Below are positions 17,167-26,290 of a DNA stretch of 64,000 nt, piece after piece. The translations under genes and the position numbers were made by a program. The DNA comes from Escherichia phage MIZ6. The stretch lies in the sequence record OR192075.1. One strand, 5' to 3'. How positions within the stretch are numbered: position 1 is the first letter of the stretch; each line of letters begins with the position of its first letter. The notes under the pieces were generated by a model. That model was not told the origin of the DNA. It saw only the letters and a program-made list of their open reading frames with translations, and did not search any database.

Positions 17167-18990
17167 TTATGATTGCATCCAAATTTTGCGCTGATCTGCA
17201 TCTTCACTATAGAGCAAATCGAATAGCTCTTTATAGTTTTCCGGTAACGTGATGATCTCCATGACAGGATCGTTGATCACGCGATGATAGTCTGATTCTG
17301 TGAGCGATGCTAAACCTTTGATATATCGAATGTTGTAACCTTTGATATTATCTCGGTCGTTCTCGAAATCTTCTAGGTCATAATACCATCGAACATCATC
17401 ACCTTTCTTTGGTTCAGCAATGATAATAGGTGTTTTGATAAACCGGATTCGTCCATCTTCGAACAATTCAGGCCAACGTGCAAAGAAAGAGATCAGACTA
17501 GGTTTAATAGACCCGATCCCGTCAGTATCAGCGTCTGTCATAATCGCAATATTTTTGTATTGCATAACTTCCAATGCATCAACACCAAATTGCAAGCCAG
17601 TGATCGCCATGATGTTAAAAATTTCGGCGTTCTTAACGATCTTTGCCTCCGGTTGTTCCCACGTTGTAAGAGTTTTGCCTCGCAACGGGAAACCTCCATG
17701 TAAATCTTGATCGCGTACAGAGATCAGATAGTTGATCGCGGAATCACCTTCCGTCAAAAACAGGGTAGTTTCTGCGTCAGTTCCAATAAGGTTAGCTTTA
17801 ACGTGTTTTGCCACCTTAGCCCGTTTCGCTGCCTTTGCTGCCTTAGTCGCTGCCGCTTTATCTGCTGCCTCTTTGCGTGCCAGGACTACAGCAATAATAG
17901 GCATGATAATGTTTTCTTTCTTAGCAATGACTTTAGCCAGCTTTTTAAAATCAAGATCAATATGACGCTTGATATCACCAGTTGGATTAGTCAATCGTTC
18001 TTTTGTCTGTGAATCAAAACGAAGGTTAGGCAATTCACGAACAATAAGAATACAGGTCAATCCAGACTTAACCGCAGCTTTAGTAACATCAACCTTATAT
18101 TCTTTCTTGATTCGTTTTACAATCTCTTCACAAAGATCATCTGTCACATAATCAACGTGTGTTCCCCCGTTTTTGGTAAACAGACCATTAGCAAAGGATA
18201 CTGATTTAAAACCTTCTCCCTCGACCGCAGGAACTAGGGCAAGTGAAAAGTTTTTATCTTCAATGACAAACGGATCATCATTGTATAGTTTAGCATAATC
18301 CTTGAACTTGCTGGTTATCTTTTTGCCATTAAACTTAAACGTGATCTTAGGAAAGATTACACTCAATGAATACATTCGATCGCAAATCACATCTGAAATT
18401 TCTTGTGACATGATCATACCTTCAAAATGATCGAAATCGGGGCAGAACGTAACCTTAGTTCCTTTCAGTTTTGACGGCTTAGATGACCAGCTAATATTTT
18501 CTGCACCATTGGTACATTGAACGGTCAGTTCATTCTCTCCGTCACACGTCACACCAGTAAACCAGGACGAGAAAAATGATGTGAGCGCGCTTCCGATCCC
18601 ATTCATACCCATAGTAACACGATTTGTATCATCAAAGTTAGACCCTGCTTTAGCTCGTGTCCATGCAGCAACTGGTTGTGGAATCTGTTTCCCTTCTGGC
18701 GTCGTAACAATATGTTGCGGAATACCGCGACCATTATCTGTTACTGACACAATGTTATCTTTTATATCCACACTAATAACATTAGCGTACTCAAAATTAG
18801 TGCGGATCGCCTCGTCTACAGAATTGTCGATAATTTCATCAATAATTTTAACTAGACCGGGAACGTATGAAACTTTGGTCCATTTTCCAAATAGGAAACG
18901 ATTGTGTGATTCATAAGTCGTTGACCCGATGTACATTGAAGGCCTCTTAAGACAGTGAGCGCGATCATCCAACAGCAAAAATTCAGACAT
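17167..18990 (-). CDS. 39: DNA topoisomerase II large subunit (GyrB-like), gp39 with gp60 region fused
   Basis: 607 aa continuous ORF; N-terminal ATPase domain plus TOPRIM-like region; T4 splits this as 39 + 60. Confidence 0.9.
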   Translation of the reverse strand: MSEFLLLDDRAHCLKRPSMYIGSTTYESHNRFLFGKWTKVSYVPGLVKIIDEIIDNSVDEAIRTNFEYANVISVDIKDNIVSVTDNGRGIPQHIVTTPEGKQIPQPVAAWTRAKAGSNFDDTNRVTMGMNGIGSALTSFFSSWFTGVTCDGENELTVQCTNGAENISWSSKPSKLKGTKVTFCPDFDHFEGMIMSQEISDVICDRMYSLSVIFPKITFKFNGKKITSKFKDYAKLYNDDPFVIEDKNFSLALVPAVEGEGFKSVSFANGLFTKNGGTHVDYVTDDLCEEIVKRIKKEYKVDVTKAAVKSGLTCILIVRELPNLRFDSQTKERLTNPTGDIKRHIDLDFKKLAKVIAKKENIIMPIIAVVLARKEAADKAAATKAAKAAKRAKVAKHVKANLIGTDAETTLFLTEGDSAINYLISVRDQDLHGGFPLRGKTLTTWEQPEAKIVKNAEIFNIMAITGLQFGVDALEVMQYKNIAIMTDADTDGIGSIKPSLISFFARWPELFEDGRIRFIKTPIIIAEPKKGDDVRWYYDLEDFENDRDNIKGYNIRYIKGLASLTESDYHRVINDPVMEIITLPENYKELFDLLYSEDADQRKIWMQS

Positions 18991-18996
18991 ATTATA

Positions 18997-19725
18997 TCAT
19001 TCTCCGTCAGTTCGTTTCAGGTATTCCAATGCCGCATATAATCTTTGAGGATCGTCTTTGAACATCCCTAATCCGGCATTACATTTTCCACAAAGAACAC
19101 CTCTTATCTTACCAGTCTTATGATTATGGTCAAGATGTTTCCACTTTTGGCGTTTTCTCACGCCGCATCGTTCATTTATGAATTTTACACCGCATATCTC
19201 GCAATTGTCAACTCTTCCTAAAATTTCTAACGCTTCTCTTTTTGATATTTTTATACCATTTTCGGCATGATGATATGGCCTATCTAGTTCTCGCTCTCGC
19301 TTCTCAAACAATCGACACTCATCAGAACAATACTTTTGAGATACGTTTATTGCAACAAATGGTTTACCACATTTAGCGCATTCTCGTTCAATCTTTATGT
19401 TTTGTGCCTGGTCCAACGATGCGCAACGAGAACAGCAAAATTTATGATAGCCTTTAGAGTATGTATGATAATTTACAGGATTTGGGCATCTTGCACATTT
19501 AACTATTCCTGTTATTCCGTGGCGCAATCTATAAACAGCCTCGTTATATGGTTGTTGATTTCTGAGACCTCCATTACAGAACTTAAACTCATTCCTTATA
19601 ATCTGAAATTCCGCAGGATACAATTTTTCCATTTCAGGAATTTTATTTTCTTTAAAAAGATTTGAGTTTAGTCTATTTCCGCTTTTCGCCTCCAGAACAT
19701 CAACAATAAACTTTTTGATGTTCAC
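18997..19725 (-). CDS. Putative homing endonuclease with zinc-ribbon repeats and C-terminal endonuclease VII-type (HNH-like) domain
   Basis: C-terminal CEICG..HLDHNHKTGKIRGVLCGKCN matches Endonuclease_7 signature; several CxxC pairs; likely GTG start with SD GGAGAG. Confidence 0.6.
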   Translation of the reverse strand: MNIKKFIVDVLEAKSGNRLNSNLFKENKIPEMEKLYPAEFQIIRNEFKFCNGGLRNQQPYNEAVYRLRHGITGIVKCARCPNPVNYHTYSKGYHKFCCSRCASLDQAQNIKIERECAKCGKPFVAINVSQKYCSDECRLFEKRERELDRPYHHAENGIKISKREALEILGRVDNCEICGVKFINERCGVRKRQKWKHLDHNHKTGKIRGVLCGKCNAGLGMFKDDPQRLYAALEYLKRTDGE

Positions 19726-19791
19726 TTTTTCTCTCTCCAATTCATAACATAACCATAACTTACTGCAACCGCCACAAAGACGGCTGCAACA

Positions 19792-19819
19792 ATCATATTA
19801 AAAATTGAGTGATTGTCAA
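19792..19819 (-). promoter_or_regulatory. sigma70-like promoter (TTGACA-16-TATGAT)
   Basis: Minus-strand reading of tgtcaa (19814-19819) and atcata (19792-19797). Confidence 0.4.
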
Positions 19820-19828
19820 GTATATGAC

Positions 19829-20002
19829 TCATGACACGCGCACATTTTTATCGTAATACCCGCCATTAATCCCGCGCGGGGCAGTTAATCCCTGTTTGCA
19901 TTCTTTACCACATTCAGGGCATTCTGCCTTTTCACGCTCGGAAATTTTGCGGATTTTCTGAAATTGACCGTGTTCTTCACAAGAATAATCATATAATGGC
20001 AT
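19829..20002 (-). CDS. FmdB-family zinc-ribbon protein (~57 aa)
   Basis: MPLYDYSCEEHGQF...CPECG motif; start moved to internal ATG. Confidence 0.4.
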   Translation of the reverse strand: MPLYDYSCEEHGQFQKIRKISEREKAECPECGKECKQGLTAPRGINGGYYDKNVRVS

Positions 20003-20003
20003 A

Positions 20004-20672
20004 TTATCCCCTTTGTTTCTTAACTGAATTTGGATCTGGATTTTCTGGCAAGTCTTCCAGACCCATAGCATAACGTTGTGCATAGATTAGCATAAGAATA
20101 TCGCGAGCGCAATCATGAATTGCATCATGTGCGATAAAACCATCTAGCGTACCCATTGGTAACGGACACTCACACATCCCGCGATGCATCAATGTACGCT
20201 CAATGGCGGTGCGAACATCTCGGATGTTCCAGAATCGCACAGGTTCAAGATTGAACGTCTCTCGTGTATTGTGTGCACGGCGGATCATATCAACTAGTAA
20301 CGGAATATCAAACGCATTACCGCGTGACCACATTACGGATTTAACCGGATCTACTCCTACGGCTTCACAGAATGCGTTAAAACGCGCTAAACCTTCTTTA
20401 GTTGATACTTCCGTACCATTTGTGATTAATTGCTTTCTCATGCCTTCTGAGGCGGTATTCTTCCACCATTCAACCACACCATGATCAAACACCCTTACAC
20501 CTTTCTGGGAAGGAATATCAAATTTTACCAGAAAGGAATTGTCAACCAGTTCTTTAAATGTAGGTGGATTGTGCGGATCTTCTTTAAATCCGATTGCCGC
20601 CATATTGATAACCGCCCCATCAGGCGGATAACCTAAACTTTCAAAGTCAATCATTAAATCCACTGGAAGCAT
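20004..20672 (-). CDS. dexA: 3'-5' exonuclease (DnaQ-like DEDDh), DexA-like
   Basis: Exo motifs DFES, GNAFD, H-x4-D; start moved to ATG (MLPVDL) with SD GGAGGA; syntenic with T4 dexA. Confidence 0.7.
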   Translation of the reverse strand: MLPVDLMIDFESLGYPPDGAVINMAAIGFKEDPHNPPTFKELVDNSFLVKFDIPSQKGVRVFDHGVVEWWKNTASEGMRKQLITNGTEVSTKEGLARFNAFCEAVGVDPVKSVMWSRGNAFDIPLLVDMIRRAHNTRETFNLEPVRFWNIRDVRTAIERTLMHRGMCECPLPMGTLDGFIAHDAIHDCARDILMLIYAQRYAMGLEDLPENPDPNSVKKQRG

Positions 20673-20673
20673 T

Positions 20674-20916
20674 TTAAATATCCTCCGCGATATGCCGGAA
20701 CAACTCCAGATCGTTTTTATCCAGAATGAAACCGCTACAATCAATAATCCCGTTACCGTAATTATCGGTTAACAGTCGTTCCGTTGCCATGTATGCGCGT
20801 ACTTTGTTGTTAAAATTCATTACATGTTGTGCATAGTCACAATGAATCTTTTGACGGTTCCACGCGACAATTGATTGTAGATGTATTACATTAGCCACAT
20901 TATTAATAACAACCAT
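20674..20916 (-). CDS. Hypothetical protein (80 aa)
   Basis: Track ORF, ATG start. Confidence 0.4.
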   Translation of the reverse strand: MVVINNVANVIHLQSIVAWNRQKIHCDYAQHVMNFNNKVRAYMATERLLTDNYGNGIIDCSGFILDKNDLELFRHIAEDI

Positions 20917-20917
20917 A

Positions 20918-21085
20918 TCAAAACCCTCGCTTAGTGAAATATTCGATCATTTTATTGATACATTCAGCTTCACTGTCGCCGGATACGTTCCATCCATAAT
21001 GACCCCAACTAAAACACATGGTAACAGTTCCATTGTGACGGCGTACCGTCACATCATCAAATTCTGGGATACTTCGCATAATCAT
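20918..21085 (-). CDS. Hypothetical small protein (55 aa)
   Basis: Hand-translated MIMRSIPEFDDVTVRRHNG...; SD GAGGAA; fills gap between dda and next gene. Confidence 0.35.
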   Translation of the reverse strand: MIMRSIPEFDDVTVRRHNGTVTMCFSWGHYGWNVSGDSEAECINKMIEYFTKRGF

Positions 21086-21095
21086 AATAATTTCC

Positions 21096-22487
21096 TCAAA
21101 TATAGTCTACTCGATACCGCGCACGGGTAACACCCACATATAATAACTGCATTGCCAATTCAAAGTCAACATTGTCTGTACACATGCAAGGAGTATACAG
21201 GAACACGCGGTCTACGCTGATCCCTTGTGACTTATGAATGGTGCAAGCTGGTAATGCTTTTACATTCAAGAACATACGCTTCATCGTCCAGAATGAATCC
21301 CAATCTGGTTTAAATTTTGGATTCTCTTTCTTCATTTCGCGATATTGTCCGGCGACCGTATTCAGATAGATAGAGAAAATGTTCTTCTGACGTTGTTCTG
21401 TCAGAATGTTGATTTCTACTAAATCTGGTTTATCTGTAGTGATTCCGACTGCATCTAAACCTACTTTCTGATTTAGGATTTCTTTGTCTTCGTCATCATC
21501 GACGCTTTCCACTTTCAGAGTATATCCTAAAACTGGTTGCGGATCTACCCCCGTGCAACGTAATGTAAATTCACGCGGGATGACCTCTTTAACTCGGATC
21601 ATCTCACCATTGTTAAAAATAACATTGGGAATCTTCTTCCCGCGTTCATCTCGCAGATATTCGATCAATGGTTCCTGAGTAACCAGAATTTCATCTACAA
21701 TCACTGGTTCATCGGTGTTATAAACGCGCTTACGTACAATTTCATTGAGTTTTTCGACGCTCTTGTTAGTGTAGGCCAGAATACGGTTTTCTAGAAGGTC
21801 TTCCGGCGTTTTAACGGTTTCGAAATAATGTTTCATAAACTCCGGCAGAGTTGAGCTATGGAATACACCCTCGTTACCGCACTGTTTTTCGAATACCCAT
21901 TTACCGTTACGGACAGCGGTCGCCACATCAATGATCGGTGCATTAGATCGTTTAATTTCTGTCAACTCCACGTTTTGAAAATTTTCATCCGTGAAGAAAG
22001 GAGAAATTGACGTTGCACCGCTCGGATCAACTGGTCGTAACTGGTGCGGATCGCCAACTGCAATAACAACAATTCGACCGTTGATACTCTTCATGAGAAT
22101 ATCAAATAGTTTCTTATCGACCATACTCGCTTCATCAACAATGATGATCTGAACATCATCTAGTTTAGGAGTATCTTTTTGTTCAAATACTTGAGTATCT
22201 TCATAGTTGGTCGGGTTAAGACGCAATAAAGCATGTAAAGTAAATGCTTGACGACCTACCGCCTTACTCAAAACTTTTTTAGCCTGATGGGTAGGCGTTG
22301 CCAAAACCACACCAGTTACACCACGGCGGACCATTTCCTGAACAATGAATTTCATCATTGCGGTTTTACCAGTACCCGCCGCACCACGGACAGTTGTATG
22401 CTTCTTTTGTTCAATGCGTTTCATTAGAACATCAAAAGCATGTTTTTGTCCGTCTGTTAACATATCGAAAGTTAATACTCTGCTCAT
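21096..22487 (-). CDS. dda: Dda DNA helicase (SF1)
   Basis: 463 aa; Walker A GAAGTGKT, helicase motifs; syntenic with T4 dda. Confidence 0.85.
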   Translation of the reverse strand: MSRVLTFDMLTDGQKHAFDVLMKRIEQKKHTTVRGAAGTGKTAMMKFIVQEMVRRGVTGVVLATPTHQAKKVLSKAVGRQAFTLHALLRLNPTNYEDTQVFEQKDTPKLDDVQIIIVDEASMVDKKLFDILMKSINGRIVVIAVGDPHQLRPVDPSGATSISPFFTDENFQNVELTEIKRSNAPIIDVATAVRNGKWVFEKQCGNEGVFHSSTLPEFMKHYFETVKTPEDLLENRILAYTNKSVEKLNEIVRKRVYNTDEPVIVDEILVTQEPLIEYLRDERGKKIPNVIFNNGEMIRVKEVIPREFTLRCTGVDPQPVLGYTLKVESVDDDEDKEILNQKVGLDAVGITTDKPDLVEINILTEQRQKNIFSIYLNTVAGQYREMKKENPKFKPDWDSFWTMKRMFLNVKALPACTIHKSQGISVDRVFLYTPCMCTDNVDFELAMQLLYVGVTRARYRVDYI

Positions 22488-22801
22488 TATCCTAAAATCC
22501 TCACCTTGCGAACACAGATAGTATTGAGTTCTCGCCGTACCCGTTCTTTTTCATATTCAGGAATTTTATATTCGATACCATCCCGAACAATTTCAGAAGA
22601 CCGGATTATACCAAATTTTCTTTTAGGCACAACCTTGTATTTCGGTTCACCTGCCAATAGACTCTCACAATAATCTATCTGATCACACATTGACGCTAAC
22701 GCAGCATCATGTGTTTCGCAAGTTAGGACGCGACCCTTCGCGTCCACTGAGTATTGAAAGAATCCGTCTTTATCACGATAACATACAGCAAATACATGCA
22801 T
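22487..22801 (-). CDS. Hypothetical protein (104 aa)
   Basis: Track ORF with start overlapping upstream stop. Confidence 0.4.
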   Translation of the reverse strand: MHVFAVCYRDKDGFFQYSVDAKGRVLTCETHDAALASMCDQIDYCESLLAGEPKYKVVPKRKFGIIRSSEIVRDGIEYKIPEYEKERVRRELNTICVRKVRILG

Positions 22802-23556
22802 TATAAACCTACCTTAGCTTTCATCAATTCAATCCACGACGCATCAATCGGAAGCCCGTATTTCACGCGTTCTTTTTGTGCTGGCGTTAAGTTCTCATAC
22901 TTAGAAAGAGATTCAATCAAAACGCTGGTATATTTTAGCACGATTTCGGCATTGTTTGCAATAGCCTTAAGTTTTTCTTCTTTCTTGTTGATTTCGCTAA
23001 GTGCTTGCTTGAGATCTGCAATTTTCTGATAACGTTCTTCCATACGGAAGAGAGTATTTTTAATCGCTCGCTCTGCTGCCTCTGCTTTCTCCGGTTCGTT
23101 GTGCTTTTTGTGGCGCTCGATTGCTAATTTCTTTTCTTCAATTGCCATTTCCTGATTTTTGATGCGATTCTCGTTAAGTTCGATCCACTCGATGTACTTC
23201 GCACGTAGGGCAATTTCATCATCAGAAAGTTTACCGTTAGTTCCTAGTTCCTGGATCTCTTTAAGAGATTCGATAGTGTGATTGCCACGGAAAGAATTAT
23301 ATTTCAGTTTAACCGGAATTACATTGCCATCAACATATCCCAGATTGCAATCAATGCGCTCTAAGGAGAGTCCGTCATCACCTTCACCGAAAGCCTCACC
23401 TGAATAGGCGCAATGAGTCTGACGGTAAATGTTACGCACTGTGACTAAGCTCATAGAGAAGTCTTTGTTGCGACGTGAAGCGCCAGCCATGATAGAGTTC
23501 AGACGGAAAACAACCAGTGCCAATTCTTCGTTAGATTTAAAAGCAAACAGTTTCAT
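22801..23556 (-). CDS. Hypothetical protein with N-terminal Cys/His region and long coiled-coil
   Basis: HCAYSGEAFG...SLERIDCNLGY region loosely HNH-like; charged helical C-terminus; SD AGGAGA. Confidence 0.45.
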   Translation of the reverse strand: MKLFAFKSNEELALVVFRLNSIMAGASRRNKDFSMSLVTVRNIYRQTHCAYSGEAFGEGDDGLSLERIDCNLGYVDGNVIPVKLKYNSFRGNHTIESLKEIQELGTNGKLSDDEIALRAKYIEWIELNENRIKNQEMAIEEKKLAIERHKKHNEPEKAEAAERAIKNTLFRMEERYQKIADLKQALSEINKKEEKLKAIANNAEIVLKYTSVLIESLSKYENLTPAQKERVKYGLPIDASWIELMKAKVGL

Positions 23557-23584
23557 AATTGATTCTCCTTAGTTGGTATGTGTG

Positions 23585-23615
23585 TATTATTGTCTATCTT
23601 GGTTTGTGATGTCAA
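23585..23615 (-). promoter_or_regulatory. sigma70-like promoter (TTGACA-17/18-AATAAT)
   Basis: Minus-strand reading of tgtcaa (23610-23615) and attatt. Confidence 0.3.
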
Positions 23616-23618
23616 CAC

Positions 23619-24122
23619 TTAAATTAAAGAAAATTTGTAAATCTCTATCAGATCGCCGTTACACGCGTAAACTTCCTCGATCTCATCAAGGATCATGGTC
23701 GTTCCTGTCTTGTATATGCACTCGCGCTCGTCTGCCAACATAGCATACAAAGACAGTCGAGTAGTCGGATTGTCATACTCTTTAGACACCACTCGGTCAA
23801 TAGCATGTTCGTAATAATTCATGCAAGGCTTGGTTGGTTTTATCGCAATAATCTTTCCTGTTGCATAAACATCGGTTGCAAAGTCCTCTGCTGTTGATTG
23901 CAGCGGTGTAAAGCTCATAGGACGCTCTACAACGAAAGAATCACCTACAATTAAGGTATCCAACTTACGGCCTTCTCTTTTGCTCACACCGCGATACAAG
24001 GCTTCATGATGCACTAACCGTTCAGTCTTTTCGATCAATCCATTAAGGATCGACATATCGATATTTTCTTTAGAGTTCATCACTTCATCAATGATGTTAA
24101 GTTCTTCTGGTGTAAATTGCAT
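23619..24122 (-). CDS. Putative ADP-ribosyltransferase (ModA/ModB-like)
   Basis: Possible R-S-E signature (LYRGV .. STAEDF .. ADERE); position between dda and gene 56 matches T4 modA/modB. Confidence 0.4.
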   Translation of the reverse strand: MQFTPEELNIIDEVMNSKENIDMSILNGLIEKTERLVHHEALYRGVSKREGRKLDTLIVGDSFVVERPMSFTPLQSTAEDFATDVYATGKIIAIKPTKPCMNYYEHAIDRVVSKEYDNPTTRLSLYAMLADERECIYKTGTTMILDEIEEVYACNGDLIEIYKFSLI

Positions 24123-24123
24123 A

Positions 24124-24155
24124 ATAAAAAAGCCTCCAATCTTTCGACGGGAGGC
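24124..24155 (-). terminator. Intrinsic terminator whose 3' arm contains the downstream SD
   Basis: Hairpin gcctcc..ggaggc then U6 on minus-strand RNA, immediately before ATG at 24122. Confidence 0.4.
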
Positions 24156-24184
24156 ATAATAAAACCATTATAGAGTAGTGTCAA
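24156..24184 (-). promoter_or_regulatory. sigma70-like promoter (TTGACA-17-TATTAT)
   Basis: Minus-strand reading of tgtcaa (24179-24184) and ataata (24156-24161). Confidence 0.35.
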
Positions 24185-24191
24185 CTAATTT

Positions 24192-24710
24192 TTAGTAGCC
24201 GCGTTCTTGACGGGCGAAGTTTTCAGCATTTTTCAGATAGTACAGCTTGAAGATATCCTTAGCGGTTAAACCTAAGCCCAGCATTTTAATCAGCACAAAA
24301 TGCCAGATATCGATCAATTCCATCGCAATTTCGGTTTTATCGTCATCTGACAGATCAGCAAATTTACGCGCTCGTGCTTCGCCGTGGTTCTTCTTCCACA
24401 CTTTAGTAATTGCGCTTGCATCTTTGCCATTTGACATGCCACCCAGGGCAACATAAAGTTCTCGTGTCTCGTCGTCGATTGCGTCATCCCACAACTTCAT
24501 CCAGTCAAGGATCTCCCCGCAAGTTTCCAGCTTATCAGGATGCGGCACCCACTCAAATTTATCAGCTAGTGCGACCTGTAAGCCTTTTTGCATATCTAAC
24601 ATTACTTGCAGCGGGTCTTTGCCGCTAGTGATTGCCTCGGAATACGCAATACCAGCTTTAGACATAGTTTCGTCGCTAACCAGACCAGCACAAGAATTAA
24701 ATTCTGACAT
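24192..24710 (-). CDS. 56: dCTP pyrophosphatase (dCTPase/dUTPase family)
   Basis: Strong similarity to T4 gp56 (DPLQVMLDMQ, HPDKLET, IFKLYYLKNAENFARQERGY); track GTG start replaced by ATG. Confidence 0.8.
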   Translation of the reverse strand: MSEFNSCAGLVSDETMSKAGIAYSEAITSGKDPLQVMLDMQKGLQVALADKFEWVPHPDKLETCGEILDWMKLWDDAIDDETRELYVALGGMSNGKDASAITKVWKKNHGEARARKFADLSDDDKTEIAMELIDIWHFVLIKMLGLGLTAKDIFKLYYLKNAENFARQERGY

Positions 24711-24724
24711 ATTCACCTCATTAA

Positions 24725-25753
24725 TTAAAATTTACAATATTTCATAAACCGCATTTTAGCCATCAGACCTTGTACGGTGTTCTCTTTGATATATTCCATG
24801 ATCTGGTCGCGTGTAGCGCCCTCGTCCTGAATCATGGCGTTAACGTCTTTAGAATGCCACGGGCAACGGTCCCACAATACAATCTTTTCCCCTGCATTGA
24901 TAAACTTTTCCAGTCGGTGCATTGTATCGGCAGACCGTGGTTCCGCATCAAGTACAAACACTCGCTGGTCTGGGAAAGGTATTTCATCTAATCCCAAAGT
25001 ACCGCCAGTAATTGCACACCCGTTATCAATAAACAATGAATCGATCGGACCTTCTAAGAAATACACTGGTTTACTCGGATCGGCGCGTTCAAGACCATAG
25101 ACCTTACTCGCTAACTCATGAGTTTTAATCGTCATATATTTGGTCTTTCCGTAATCCTTTCTCAATGCTCGCCCCTGAATGGATTCTATCTTGTTCTCGC
25201 GGTTAAAGATAGGAATCACTAAACGCGGTTCAGGTTGTGGATTCTTGAAAGTATCAGCCTTAATGTGATTTGCTACCTTTTGCCATTCTCTCGTGAAATA
25301 CAGAAGATCCCATTTATCGTGGGGAATGCAACGATCACTGACATACTTTATTATAGGATGATTAGCCGGGAGAGTATCTAACCTCTCACAGAAAGGCAAT
25401 GTTTGCACTTTCTTAATCTCCGGCTTTTCTACCTTTTTCAGTGGCTTGAACGTGGTGTTCTTGTGGTCGCCTTGTTCCTTCCGTCGTTCAATAAGCCATT
25501 CCCTGAATAGGTCCGGCTTATATTGTTTGAGAAATTCACCTAACGGCTGATTGTAGTTACAGTTGAAACAACCGCATCGCAAACTATCCTTATAGGTATA
25601 GATACGGAATCGCGCTTGAGTATGATTTTTCTTTGAGTCACCGCAGATCGGACAACTACAGACCAGCGTAAATGAGCTAGTATGCAACCGTTTAAAATTT
25701 CGTTCGCCGTATATGGCTTTTTCCGCTATTTCATAATCTGCGTAGTAAATCAT
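24725..25753 (-). CDS. 61: DNA primase
   Basis: 342 aa; N-terminal zinc ribbon CSCPICGD...CFNC and TOPRIM core; same length as T4 gp61. Confidence 0.85.
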   Translation of the reverse strand: MIYYADYEIAEKAIYGERNFKRLHTSSFTLVCSCPICGDSKKNHTQARFRIYTYKDSLRCGCFNCNYNQPLGEFLKQYKPDLFREWLIERRKEQGDHKNTTFKPLKKVEKPEIKKVQTLPFCERLDTLPANHPIIKYVSDRCIPHDKWDLLYFTREWQKVANHIKADTFKNPQPEPRLVIPIFNRENKIESIQGRALRKDYGKTKYMTIKTHELASKVYGLERADPSKPVYFLEGPIDSLFIDNGCAITGGTLGLDEIPFPDQRVFVLDAEPRSADTMHRLEKFINAGEKIVLWDRCPWHSKDVNAMIQDEGATRDQIMEYIKENTVQGLMAKMRFMKYCKF

Positions 25754-25762
25754 AATAACCTC

Positions 25763-25966
25763 TTATAGCTCAAATTTCATGAAAGTTCCTACACTTTCAT
25801 TTTCATTCTCTCCGTTCTCATCTAAGCCAAATTTGTAGACACTACCATCTGGCGCTGTGTAAGAGAATACACGAAAACGGCCTACCGGATCAAGTTCTGT
25901 AAATTCATATTCTTTTCCGGCTTCAAACAGTGCATATGTGCTCTTAAGACATTTCATCGTAATCAT
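25763..25966 (-). CDS. Hypothetical protein (67 aa)
   Basis: Track ORF, ATG start. Confidence 0.4.
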   Translation of the reverse strand: MITMKCLKSTYALFEAGKEYEFTELDPVGRFRVFSYTAPDGSVYKFGLDENGENENESVGTFMKFEL

Positions 25967-26106
25967 TTAAGCGCCACCGACAACAGAATTAGAACTACAC
26001 CAACATACATTGTGATCTCGGATAACTTTTCTGTTTTTGTTTTGTGTCCAGATAATCCGAAAACAACAACACCGATAATAGCGGACAGCAAGCCAACGAT
26101 AAACAT
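25963..26106 (-). CDS. Putative small membrane protein (47 aa)
   Basis: Hand-translated MFIVGLLSAIIGVVVFGLSGHKTKTEKLSEITMYVGVVLILLSVALK; two hydrophobic helices; no clear SD. Confidence 0.2.
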   Translation of the reverse strand: MFIVGLLSAIIGVVVFGLSGHKTKTEKLSEITMYVGVVLILLSVALK

Positions 26107-26113
26107 GATGATA

Positions 26114-26290
26114 CTAAGCACCGTCTTTCTCCTTTTTGCGTTTTTCTTTACCCGCTACACTAGGTCCACGATTGGTAATAGATCCGCTCGTTTCACCTGC
26201 TGCGATCTTCTCAGGATTGCCGCCAGCATCACCAGCGGTCATATCTTCTTTGAGTTTATTTTCTTCAACAAACTGTTTAAATCCAATCAT
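26114..26290 (-). CDS. Hypothetical small protein (58 aa)
   Basis: Hand-translated MIGFKQFVEENKLKEDMTAGDAGGNPEK...; ATG overlaps upstream stop. Confidence 0.3.
   Translation of the reverse strand: MIGFKQFVEENKLKEDMTAGDAGGNPEKIAAGETSGSITNRGPSVAGKEKRKKEKDGA

Noticed and set aside
17167-18990. Gene-60-type translational bypass element
   Set aside because: The topoisomerase subunit is one continuous ORF; no internal stop followed by a resumed frame.
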